From positions 256,001 to 320,000 of the forward strand of contig CALSPG010000005.1 of the NCBI GenBank assembly GCA_943788175.1: a stretch of 64,000 bases of DNA. Direction: 5' to 3'. Shown here one piece after another: positions 9,502 through 18,643 of the stretch; position 1 is the stretch's first letter, and every line of letters begins with the position of its first letter. The stretch comes from an uncultured bacterium. Its GTDB lineage: Bacteria > Fidelibacterota > Marinisomatia > Marinisomatales > UBA1611. Under the pieces are notes generated by a model. That model saw only the letters and a list, made by a program, of their open reading frames with translations. It ran no database searches and was not told the origin of the DNA. The position numbers were made by a program, and so were the translations under genes.

Positions 9502-10213
9502 TTGAATATTTTAATAGTAAATGGATCTGGGGCCATTGGGTCCTCCATTATCAAGGGCTTGAATGATAAGTCTGTAAACCTAATCATCACTTCAAGCACA
9601 GGCGAAGATGTGCATGGCAACAAGACAATGCATTGGAAATATTCAGGTAGTGATTCTGTTGAATCGCTCTTCGAATCCATCAAAAACGAGCATAGTCAAC
9701 TTGATTCAGTTGTAAATTGTCTAGGATCAATTTTCTCTAAAGCCAGCTCACTTAACGAGTGTACAAGATTTTGATGAAGTTTTGGATATTAATTTAAAGT
9801 CTTCCTTTCTTATACTGAAAAACTCAGTACCAATGATGAGGAAAAATGGTGGAAATCTTCTTTTTTTCTCATCAGCAGCATCAAGCATAGGAATGGCTAA
9901 TCATGAAGCCATCTCTGCAGCCAAAGGAGGTATAGAGGCTATGGTAAGGTCCGCGGCTGCAACATATGCTAAGAATAATATTAAAGTAAATGCTATTGCT
10001 CCGGGTCTAGTTGATTCTAATTTATCAAAAAATATAGTTTCTAATGAAGCGGCATTAAATGTGTCAAAGAGAATGCACAGTGTTGGGAGAATTGGGACGC
10101 CTGATGATATTTCCAAATTTGCTATTCCATTAATTGTCGATAATAGTAGTTGGGTAACTGGTTCAATCATTAATATTGATGGAGGACTTTCAACTACTAA
10201 AATAGCGAGTTAA
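9502..10213 (+). CDS. SDR family oxidoreductase, split by a +1 frameshift near 9736
   Basis: GSGAIG Rossmann motif. Removing one base gives GSIFLKPAHLTSVQDFDEVLDINLKS, continuing to SAAKGG and VNAIAPG. Confidence 0.85.
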
Positions 10214-10216
10214 TAA

Positions 10217-10513
10217 ATGGATAGTATAGATCATATTGCAGTACAGACAGATTCAATAATTGATTCTGTAAAATGGTATAAAGAGATGTTTTCATGTGAA
10301 GTTGAATATGAAGATGATTCTTGGGCATTATTAAAATTTGAAAACACAAAGCTGGCCCTAGTCATTCCGAACCAGCACCCACCACACATTGCTGTTAAAA
10401 GGGATAACTTAGAGAGCTTTGGCTCTCCAGTCAAACATAGAGATGGTTCAGAATCAGTGTACGTAAAATCCCCAGACAACAATACATTCGAGTTGATTAG
10501 ATATCCTAAATAA
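10217..10513 (+). CDS. VOC/glyoxalase family protein
   Basis: IDHIAV...WY, HIAV, SVYVKSPDNNTFELI. Confidence 0.85.
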   Translation: MDSIDHIAVQTDSIIDSVKWYKEMFSCEVEYEDDSWALLKFENTKLALVIPNQHPPHIAVKRDNLESFGSPVKHRDGSESVYVKSPDNNTFELIRYPK

Positions 10514-11053
10514 ATGAAGCGTTACACAGTAATATTCCTAATTTTTATTGCAAACTTAATTTTTGCAGGAAGTCAAAACATGACGGAAAACATTTATAAC
10601 ATTAAAATAAAAAATGTTTATGGAGAAGAAACATCATTAAAAGTTTATCAGGGAAAGAAAATTCTAATTGTTAACGTTGCTTCAAACTGCGGATATACTA
10701 GTCAATATAAAGGCCTTCAACAGTTACAAGATCAGTACGGAGATAAGCTACAAGTCATTGCTTTCCCTTGTAATGATTTCGGTTCTCAAGAACCTGGAAC
10801 AGACAAACAAATTGCTCAGTTTTGCGAATCTAATTACAATGTAAAATTTCCAGTAATGAGCAAAATAAACATTAAAAGCAAGCCTATCCATCCAATTTAT
10901 GAATGGTTGTCAACCAGTGAGCTAAATGGGTGGAATGATTCAAAACCTAGGTGGAACTTTTACAAATACCTAATTGATGAAAATGGAAATTTAATCAAAT
11001 CCTTTGGAAGCAATACTAGTCCTTTAAGTTCTGAAATTATTCAAAGTTTATAG
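10514..11053 (+). CDS. gpx: Glutathione peroxidase (Cys type), with signal peptide
   Basis: NVASNCGYTSQY, FPCNDFGSQEPG, WNFYKYLID. Confidence 0.95.
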   Translation: MKRYTVIFLIFIANLIFAGSQNMTENIYNIKIKNVYGEETSLKVYQGKKILIVNVASNCGYTSQYKGLQQLQDQYGDKLQVIAFPCNDFGSQEPGTDKQIAQFCESNYNVKFPVMSKINIKSKPIHPIYEWLSTSELNGWNDSKPRWNFYKYLIDENGNLIKSFGSNTSPLSSEIIQSL

Positions 11054-11079
11054 TAATTAATACTTAAAGGTATTGAATT

Positions 11080-12564
11080 TTGGATGCTACAATTATTTTT
11101 CCTCATCAGTTATTTTCGAGCTCAAGTGCATTAAAAAGAAGTCGTAAGACTTTTATTATCAGAGACCCTTTATTTTTTAATGATAAAAAATATCCAGTTC
11201 GGTTTCATAAAAATAAAATTCTTCTTCATATTCTTTCCACAGATTACTATAGAAGTGAGTTGGTTGAAAGGGGATATGATGTCCAATTAGTTACTGAAAA
11301 AGAATTAATTGGAGAGAACTATTTTGATTCATTTTTTAAAAAAAACAATATCAATGAAGTTCATTATTGTGACCCAGTTGATTACACAATTACTAAAAGA
11401 CTAGACCACTCGATTAATAGTCTATCCATTAAATCATATAAATATGATACACCAGGTTTTATGCTAGAAGAATCAGACGTCTTTGATCATTTTACCAATA
11501 AGAAGTCACATTTTATGGCTGCCTTTTATAAGAAACAGCGTAAAAGATATAACATTCTAATGAATGATGATGGAACTCCTGTTGGCGGAAAGTGGAGTTT
11601 TGATCATGAGAACAGGAAGCGTTTTCCAAAAACAATGGAATCGCCAAAAATTTCTCAGATTATGTATCAAAATGATAAGTTTGTGCAGGCTGAAGACTCG
11701 GTCAGTGCATTTTATAATGACAATCTTGGTAATATGGATAATTTTAACTATCCTGTTACAAGAAGTCAGGCATTGAATTCTTTTCATTCATTCCTGGAAG
11801 AACGTTTAATTAACTTTGGCGCTTATGAAGATGCTATTGTCAAAGATGAATCGACCCTATTTCATAGTATCATTACTCCTTATTTAAATATCGGATTGAT
11901 AACTCCAAATGAGATTATACAACAAGTTTTAGATTTTTCATCCAATAATTCTATTCCACTGAATTCTCTGGAAGGTTTCATTAGGCAAATAATTGGTTGG
12001 AGAGAATTTATGCGAGGTATATATGTCGCTGATGGTGTCAAGCAGCGGAATTCAAATTTTTGGAATTACAATAGAGCAATGCCAAAGTCATTTTATGATG
12101 GAACAACAGGCATAGAGCCCTTAGATGACACTATCAAGAAATGTTTAAACAGTGGTTATGCTCATCATATTGAGCGGTTAATGATTTTAGGGAATATGAT
12201 GTTATTAATAGGTATTAAGCCAAATGCTGTGTACAAATGGTTTATGGAAATGTTTGTTGATTCTTATGATTGGGTTATGGTCCCCAATGTATATGGGATG
12301 AGTCAATTTGCTGATGGTGGTTTATTAGCCACAAAACCATATATAAGTGGAAGTAATTACATTTTAAAAATGAGTGATTATAAAAAAGGCGACTGGTGTC
12401 CCATTTGGGATTCTCTTTATTGGGGATTTGTTGATCGTAATAGAGAATTTTTTAGAAAAAACCCTCGCATGAGTATGATGGTTTCAATGTTTGATAAAAA
12501 AGATGATGCCTCAAAAAAGAGGCTATTCGAAACATCTCAAAATTTTATTGAAAGTTTATTTTAA
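11080..12564 (+). CDS. Bacterial (6-4) photolyase / BCP family, PhrB-like without FeS cluster
   Basis: IFPHQLF, GGKWSFDHENR, EGFIRQIIGWREF, GYAHHIERLM, KPYISGSNYILKMS. Confidence 0.9.
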   Translation: MDATIIFPHQLFSSSSALKRSRKTFIIRDPLFFNDKKYPVRFHKNKILLHILSTDYYRSELVERGYDVQLVTEKELIGENYFDSFFKKNNINEVHYCDPVDYTITKRLDHSINSLSIKSYKYDTPGFMLEESDVFDHFTNKKSHFMAAFYKKQRKRYNILMNDDGTPVGGKWSFDHENRKRFPKTMESPKISQIMYQNDKFVQAEDSVSAFYNDNLGNMDNFNYPVTRSQALNSFHSFLEERLINFGAYEDAIVKDESTLFHSIITPYLNIGLITPNEIIQQVLDFSSNNSIPLNSLEGFIRQIIGWREFMRGIYVADGVKQRNSNFWNYNRAMPKSFYDGTTGIEPLDDTIKKCLNSGYAHHIERLMILGNMMLLIGIKPNAVYKWFMEMFVDSYDWVMVPNVYGMSQFADGGLLATKPYISGSNYILKMSDYKKGDWCPIWDSLYWGFVDRNREFFRKNPRMSMMVSMFDKKDDASKKRLFETSQNFIESLF

Positions 12565-12686
12565 CAACACTGTAAAAAGATAAAAGGGTATAACAATCAC
12601 TCCAATTAAAATAAGTGAAACTACAGACCATTTAAAAAACGTTATAAAAAAGTATTTAATAGCAAAAAAAATTTTATTTTTTATTT

Positions 12687-13178
12687 TCACTTATACTTTC
12701 TATATCTGGAAATCACATCAATTATAATTGTATCATAATCTTTAATTTTAAGATGCAACTTATCATTGACAACTTTCGCTGAACCACTTAGAAGTTTGTC
12801 CTTGTAAGTCCAATTTTGATCTCTGTCGACGGCCCAGTTGAAAGTGTTGATTTTGCTATCAGACCAATCTTGTTCACCGGTCCATTCAATGTTACCTAGT
12901 AATTGAGTGAACGTAGGCCTTGTTAAATCTTTCGCGTTCGAATAATTTTTTTCAAAATCAGTTTTGGCATATGGGTGCTTCTCAATCAATACAGTACCGC
13001 TAGTAGATTTTATAAATAATCTCATATAATCTGTCCAATCTTGGAACCAGATTTCTGCAGGTCCTATATTAGAAGAGTCTGAATCCCAAACATAATGAGG
13101 TATGTTTTTATAGTCACTTTTATCTTCTGCATTTAAAAGTGTTGCTAGGTAGATGAATGTAATTATTATTTTTATCAT
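12687..13178 (-). CDS. Hypothetical secreted protein
   Basis: 163-aa ORF with signal peptide (LNA|ED). Own promoter TTGAAT-18-TAATTT-5-ATG. Confidence 0.7.
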   Translation of the reverse strand: MIKIIITFIYLATLLNAEDKSDYKNIPHYVWDSDSSNIGPAEIWFQDWTDYMRLFIKSTSGTVLIEKHPYAKTDFEKNYSNAKDLTRPTFTQLLGNIEWTGEQDWSDSKINTFNWAVDRDQNWTYKDKLLSGSAKVVNDKLHLKIKDYDTIIIDVISRYRKYK

Positions 13179-13213
13179 GTAATAAATTAACTCACTGTTT
13201 GATAAGTATTCAA
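13176..13213 (-). promoter_or_regulatory. Divergent leaderless sigma70-like promoter
   Basis: Minus strand: TTGAAT(13213-13208)-18 nt-TAATTT(13189-13184)-5 nt-ATG(13178). Confidence 0.55.
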
Positions 13214-13227
13214 ATGTTTTATATCAA

Positions 13228-13292
13228 AAAAAGTTCAAAACGCTCAAAAAAACCTTTACCTTTTGTCCATTTTTTTATTACTATCTGAAATG
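13228..13292 (+). promoter_or_regulatory. Direct-repeat operator plus promoter of the regulator gene (site 2)
   Basis: AAAAAGTTC AAAACGCTC (13228-13245), 9 nt, TTTACC(13255-60)-18 nt-TACTAT(13279-84)-5 nt-ATG(13290). Confidence 0.65.
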
Positions 13293-14172
13293 AAATATTT
13301 AAATTCTAAGGAAGTATCAGACATAATAGGTAGTAAACATCTCTACTTTAAAGAGGTGGACTGACAATGGCACTATTGGTTGCCATAAAACTGCAGGAGG
13401 TCACAGAAAATTCACTATGCAAAATGTTAGAGAATACTACAGCTCTAACAAAAAAGCTTCTAAAAGTGAAAATGTTGTATTAGAAAACTTCGAGCATAAA
13501 AAGATTTTTGAATTAATTAAAAAAGGTAATTTATCTGAACTGAGCTACAAGCTTGCAGATGCAAGTATAGAATCTGATGAAGCGACTGTTAAAACCATTA
13601 TTTCTGGTTCCTACATGAATAATATTGATGTAGAAACTTTATTTGATCAAGTTGTTGATCCTGGTAGTATGATTGTAGAAAAAGCACTACATGAAGGTTA
13701 CTTATCTCACACTGAAGCTTTTATTAGTAGAAAAATTATTACACGGGCTACAGAATCTCTAAATGATCACAAGCCAAATGGTTCACTTAATGGTAAGTAT
13801 GCTCTATGTGTTAATTTTGAAGATAATCTACCTGATTTAGGAGTGGTCATGTCAGAAGTCATTTTGAGGCATAAGGGTTATAATGTTTTTAATACAGGTT
13901 CGCATGCTGAGCTTGGAGACCTTGAAAAAGTGATTAAAAATAAAAAGATAGATCTTGTTGTTTTTTATCTCTGCAATATGCAATGCTGTATGTCAATTGT
14001 TGGGGACAACATTAATAAGACTGCAAAACAAGTGACTTCTATTTTTGAAATATCCGAAAAAATGAAAGTTGATGTAATATTTGGTGGGTTAGGCATAGAG
14101 CTTTTGCCAAATATTTCTAATACAATATCTAAAACATTTATTACGTTCAAAGAGCTAAACAAACTAGTTTAG
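13290..14172 (+). CDS. MerR/BldC-like HTH plus cobalamin-binding-fold (CarH/CarA/LitR-like) transcriptional regulator; +1 frameshift at about 13332
   Basis: Reconstructed N-terminus MKYLNSKEVSDIIGVNISTLKRWTDNGTIGCHKTAGGHRKF joins ORF 13417..14172, which has a helical cap and a B12-binding-like Rossmann domain (LGVVMSEVILRHKGYNVFNTG). Confidence 0.8.
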
Positions 14173-14191
14173 TTTACTTCCTCAATTAATT

Positions 14192-15544
14192 ATGGGTGAA
14201 AATATGGGAAGAATGCGTCAAATTAGAACTGGGCCATTTAATGGCAAGTGCGTTCTCTACTGGATGGTAAGAGACAAAAGAGTTTGTGATAATTGGGCTC
14301 TATTAGAAGCTCAAAAAAAAGCAATTGAGAATAAAGTTCCCTTAATAGTAGTTTTTAATTATCACAATTCATATCAAGATGCGAATGTAAGGCAATATAG
14401 TTTTTCATTTTATGGGCTTCAAGAAGTGGATAAAGATTTGAAAAAACTCAATATCCAATTCTTTTTATTAAGTGGGCCAGCCAATGAGACTATTTCTAAG
14501 TTTATTGAGGATTACAAAGTAGGTTTTTTAATTACAGATTTTAGCCCGCTTAAAGTTTATACAAAAAGATTAAGAACTGTAGTTAAGAATACCACTATTC
14601 CCATTACCCAGGTTGATACCCATAATATAATTCCAGTTTGGAATGCATCTCCAAAAAAAGAATATGCAGCTTATACAATAAGGCCCAAAATAAAAAAATT
14701 ACTGCCGATATATTTAACAGATATCCCTCAATTAAAGAGACATCCTGTACAAAGTGATTTTTCAAGCGTTGAAATAAATTGGAAACAAGTTGTAGAGTCA
14801 ATGAACATAGATAGAAGCGTGAAGTCTGTAGACTGGATAAATCCGGGTGAAAAAAATGCAAGAAACCTTCTAGGAAAATTGAAAACACAATTAATTGATT
14901 ATAATGAAAAAAGGAATAATCCAAATCTGCACAAATTGTCAAATATGAGTCCGTATTTTCATTTTGGTCAAATTTCGCCTCAGCGTGTAGCTTTTGAAAT
15001 AAAAAATTCAAACCTCTCTGATGTCGATAAAGAAGCTTTTTTGGAGGAGATGATTGTTAGAAGAGAATTAGCGGACAACTTTTGTTTTTATGAAGAAAAT
15101 TATGACTTTTTTGAGGGCTTTCATGCTTGGTCACAAAAGACATTAAATGAACATAGAAATGATGAAAGAGAATATGTTTATTCCCCGCAAGAGTTTGAGG
15201 CATCAACAACGCATGATGAATTATGGAATGCAGCACAAGATGAAATGAAGACTAGGGGTAAAATGCATGGTTTTATGCGGATGTATTGGGCAAAAAAAAT
15301 TCTGGAGTGGAGCCCGAGTCCTGAGTTAGCGCAGCAAACGGCAATAGATCTAAACGATAAATACCAACTTGATGGAAGAGACCCTAATGGTTACACCGGC
15401 ATAGCATGGAGCATTGGAGGCATTCATGATAGAGCCTGGTTTGAAAGACCTGTCTTTGGAAAAGTTCGATACATGAATTATAATGGATGCAAAAGAAAGT
15501 TCAATGTGGATCAATACATAGAAAGCAATAAAATAATTAGTTGA
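14192..15544 (+). CDS. phr: Class II CPD DNA photolyase
   Basis: VLYWMVRDKRVCDNWAL, LSNMSPYFHFGQIS, GKMHGFMRMYWAKKILEW, DGRDPNGY. Confidence 0.95.
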   Translation: MGENMGRMRQIRTGPFNGKCVLYWMVRDKRVCDNWALLEAQKKAIENKVPLIVVFNYHNSYQDANVRQYSFSFYGLQEVDKDLKKLNIQFFLLSGPANETISKFIEDYKVGFLITDFSPLKVYTKRLRTVVKNTTIPITQVDTHNIIPVWNASPKKEYAAYTIRPKIKKLLPIYLTDIPQLKRHPVQSDFSSVEINWKQVVESMNIDRSVKSVDWINPGEKNARNLLGKLKTQLIDYNEKRNNPNLHKLSNMSPYFHFGQISPQRVAFEIKNSNLSDVDKEAFLEEMIVRRELADNFCFYEENYDFFEGFHAWSQKTLNEHRNDEREYVYSPQEFEASTTHDELWNAAQDEMKTRGKMHGFMRMYWAKKILEWSPSPELAQQTAIDLNDKYQLDGRDPNGYTGIAWSIGGIHDRAWFERPVFGKVRYMNYNGCKRKFNVDQYIESNKIIS

Positions 15545-15579
15545 ATGTGCAACGATTTCATATTTAACTTTATGATGTG
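15541..15579 (+). promoter_or_regulatory. Putative marR promoter with an inverted repeat in the spacer
   Basis: TTGAAT(15541-46)-18 nt-TAACTT(15565-70). AATGTGCAA-CGA-TTTCATATT (15544-64) is a 7/9 inverted repeat. Confidence 0.4.
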
Positions 15580-16038
15580 TCTAATAATCAAAAATTGAAA
15601 AGTGATATCGATATAGGCATGTTGATGTCTCAAGTTGATAGGCTTTGCACTAAGCACTTTAGTCAAAACGCTCAAAATGCTGGTATAAATATCTCCCAAG
15701 ACCAATGGCTGGTTCTAGGTCCAGTTTGGAAGGTTGAGGGGATAGCACAGAAAGACATTGCTGAATATTGTGGTAAGGACAAAACAAGTGTAACAAAGAT
15801 AATTGACACGCTTGAGAAAAAAAATTTAATGGTGCGAGTTCCTGATCAGTTAGATCAAAGGATTAAGAGGGTATTCCTCAGTAACAAGGGCAAAGAGCTA
15901 ATGGAAAGTACAATGCCCATAATGGAACAGACTCGAAATGAAGTGCGTGAAGGTATTCCTGATGAAGAAATTGATTTATTTAAAACTGTATTAATTAAAA
16001 TATATAAAAACTTAACAGCGAATAAAAACTCCAACTAG
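15577..16038 (+). CDS. MarR family transcriptional regulator
   Basis: QWLVL, QKDIAE, DKTSVTKIIDTLEKK, DQRIKRVFLSNKG. Confidence 0.92.
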   Translation: MSNNQKLKSDIDIGMLMSQVDRLCTKHFSQNAQNAGINISQDQWLVLGPVWKVEGIAQKDIAEYCGKDKTSVTKIIDTLEKKNLMVRVPDQLDQRIKRVFLSNKGKELMESTMPIMEQTRNEVREGIPDEEIDLFKTVLIKIYKNLTANKNSN

Positions 16039-16060
16039 TTGAATCAGCAACTAATAATCT

Positions 16061-17491
16061 ATGAAAATATACGTTACTATTATATCTATCTTTCTGTCAT
16101 CGTGTGCAGAAAAATTTTCCTCGAATGATTTATTGATTTCAAAATCCATTCCTAGCGTATGGAATCATCCTTTCCCGGATACATCTAAGGTCATTGGAGA
16201 TTGGTGGGAATCATTTCAAGACACATCACTCAATAAAATCTTATCCGATTTTGATGAAAATAGTCCTGATTTAAAAACTGTAGCATCAAGACTTAAAATT
16301 GCAAAGCAGGTTTTGAGAATTAACAATGCGGTTCGCTTACCATCTGCATCACTTAGTTTGAATGGTTCAAGCAGGCAACAAAACTTGACTGCTTTTGGGT
16401 TATCTGGTGATTTTTTTGGAGGAGGGCAGGATTCAAATCAATCTAATACTGATAATAATAGTGTTACTAGCTTTGCTTCTAATAACTTTGGTATGAATTT
16501 ATCGATGCAGTGGGAATTAGATTTATGGGGTAAAATTTTTAATCGTTCTAAAGCAGCTTTTAAAGATTTCGAGTCTATATCCTACGATTTATCCTTCTTA
16601 AATTTTTCATTAAGAGTGCAATTGGCAAAATTATATTTTTCTACTTTAGAAGCTTTAAAGCAATATGAACTTTCGAAGGAGACTTTTAACAGTGTAGATG
16701 AGTTAGCAAATATGGTCTCTGCTAGGTATGACAAAGGATTGCGTTCATCATTAGATGTTAGGCTTACCCAATCATCTGTTTCATCTTCGCGAGCTCAGAT
16801 GGAAACTCGAAAGCAAATTTATATTAATTTAGTCAGAAGGCTGGAGTCAATGCTTGGAAAGTACCCAAGTGGAACATATAAAATTGCAAATGATATATCT
16901 TCTAAACTTCCAATTGTTAATGCGGGATTGCCTTCATCTATTTTAACCAGAAGACCCGATGTGAAATCTGCATTATCTAAATTACAAGCGGCTAGTTATA
17001 GAAAATCTGAGTCTATTAGTTCCTCTTTGCCAAGTTTCATTTTAACAAGCTCATTAGGTACTTCATCTAGCGAGCTTAGTGATATCCTGAACGATGACTA
17101 CCAGGTTTGGTCACAAGGATTGGCAATTGGGTTACCAGTTTTTCAAGGTGGTAGTGTTAGGGCAAATAAACTTATTGCTCAGGAAAATTTAGAAATTGCG
17201 AAGCAAGATTTAATCAAAGTCATTCTTAACGCATATTCGGAAGTTGAACAAACTCTTTTTGCTGAAAACTCAAATGATATTTTGCTTAACGCCTATATGG
17301 ATGCAGCAGAACAAGCTGAGGCGGCTTATAAGTTATCCAGAGAAAGATATGATTCTGGTTTGGTTAGTCTTATCGCGGTTATGGACAGTCAACAGCGGTG
17401 GTTTTTAGCAAGGTCGCAAGTATTAATCGCTAAAAAAAGTAAAATAGATACGCGTCTCAATTTGCTACTAGCGTTCGGGGGTAATTTTTAA
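16061..17491 (+). CDS. RND efflux outer membrane lipoprotein (OprM/NodT family)
   Basis: Lipobox LSSC, WWESFQD, WELDLWGK, LTRRPDV. Confidence 0.92.
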   Translation: MKIYVTIISIFLSSCAEKFSSNDLLISKSIPSVWNHPFPDTSKVIGDWWESFQDTSLNKILSDFDENSPDLKTVASRLKIAKQVLRINNAVRLPSASLSLNGSSRQQNLTAFGLSGDFFGGGQDSNQSNTDNNSVTSFASNNFGMNLSMQWELDLWGKIFNRSKAAFKDFESISYDLSFLNFSLRVQLAKLYFSTLEALKQYELSKETFNSVDELANMVSARYDKGLRSSLDVRLTQSSVSSSRAQMETRKQIYINLVRRLESMLGKYPSGTYKIANDISSKLPIVNAGLPSSILTRRPDVKSALSKLQAASYRKSESISSSLPSFILTSSLGTSSSELSDILNDDYQVWSQGLAIGLPVFQGGSVRANKLIAQENLEIAKQDLIKVILNAYSEVEQTLFAENSNDILLNAYMDAAEQAEAAYKLSRERYDSGLVSLIAVMDSQQRWFLARSQVLIAKKSKIDTRLNLLLAFGGNF

Positions 17492-17508
17492 CATGAAGCG
17501 AGAAAAAA

Positions 17509-18639
17509 ATGAAAATTAATTTTAAAAAACTTAGTCCATTCATTATCATAATTACGAGTATTGTTGTGGTTAATTTAATGGTGAAACTAAAGCCCGAAGC
17601 TGAGTTTCAAAAACCAAAAATCATTCCGCAGGTCGTAGAAACTTTGTCGGCTTATCCAACTGAAGTACAAGCCAAAATAAATTCACAGGGTACAATTAGG
17701 CCGCAGCATGAGATTTTTGTGACATCTGAAGTGAGTGGAAAAGTAGAATGGATTTCTTCAAATTTCCTGGATGGTGCAGGATTTAATTTGAGTGATACTC
17801 TAATGAAAATTGAAAAAAGAGATTATGAGCTTGCTTTAATATCATCAGAGTCTAACTTATTCCAAGCAAGGCTTGCTCTACAAAGAGAAGATGCTGAATC
17901 TAAGCTAGCTAATATAGAATGGAAAAGAGTCGGTAAAGGCGATGCTTCGAGTTTGACGTTGAGAGAGCCTCAGCTTGCGCAGGCTAGAGCAGTTTTAGCA
18001 GCAGCTGAAGCAGCGTATGAGCAGGCAAAACGAAATTTAAAAAGAACTTATATTGTTGCTCCTTTTGACGGGAGAGTTAGAAAAAAAATGGTTGATATTG
18101 GAGCTAATCTGATTCCTGGCTCTCGAATAGCAGATATTTATAATACAATGAATTATGAAGTAAGGTTGCCGATTGCAGATAAAGATATCCCTTTTCTTGG
18201 TGTTCCATTAGATGGTACGACCATCAATGAAAACAATAGACCTAATGTCAGACTGACAACTAGTTATGGTGGTGATACATTTCAAGCTAATGGTTTTATT
18301 GTAAGGTCAGAGTCTCAAATTGACCCCAGGACAAGGATGATTTCAGTTATTGCTACAATCCCAGTTAAGAATGAAAACCAAAAATTAAAAGTTGGTATGT
18401 TTGTTAATGCTGAAATTGATGGTCTTAAATATAAAAATATTACCATAGTCCCTCGAAGTTCAGTCAAAAATGATATGATTTGGGTCGTTGAGAAATTTGT
18501 CCTTCGTAAAAAATCAGTTGAAGTTATTAGACTAGAAAATGATTTCGCTTTTATAGCAGATGGCTTGGAAAAAAACGATCGAATACTTACTACTAGATTA
18601 GACTCGTATGTCGATGGTATGCCCGTAAAAGAGAACTAG
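17509..18639 (+). CDS. RND efflux periplasmic adaptor (MFP)
   Basis: SEVSGKV lipoyl half-motif, coiled coil, IVAPFDGRV. Confidence 0.92.
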   Translation: MKINFKKLSPFIIIITSIVVVNLMVKLKPEAEFQKPKIIPQVVETLSAYPTEVQAKINSQGTIRPQHEIFVTSEVSGKVEWISSNFLDGAGFNLSDTLMKIEKRDYELALISSESNLFQARLALQREDAESKLANIEWKRVGKGDASSLTLREPQLAQARAVLAAAEAAYEQAKRNLKRTYIVAPFDGRVRKKMVDIGANLIPGSRIADIYNTMNYEVRLPIADKDIPFLGVPLDGTTINENNRPNVRLTTSYGGDTFQANGFIVRSESQIDPRTRMISVIATIPVKNENQKLKVGMFVNAEIDGLKYKNITIVPRSSVKNDMIWVVEKFVLRKKSVEVIRLENDFAFIADGLEKNDRILTTRLDSYVDGMPVKEN

Positions 18640-18643
18640 ATTT

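Noticed and set aside
10514-11053. Glutathione peroxidase as a selenoprotein
   Set aside because: The active-site codon is TGC (Cys) and there is no in-frame UGA.
12588-12647. attC-like element GTATAAC...GTTATAA downstream of the orphan gene 12687..13178
   Set aside because: Only the outer 6 bp pair. There are no complementary L boxes, no second copy and no integrase.
13417-14172. Stand-alone B12-binding protein (AerR/PpaA-like) without a DNA-binding domain
   Set aside because: A complete HTH is encoded immediately upstream (13290-13416), offset by one inserted base.
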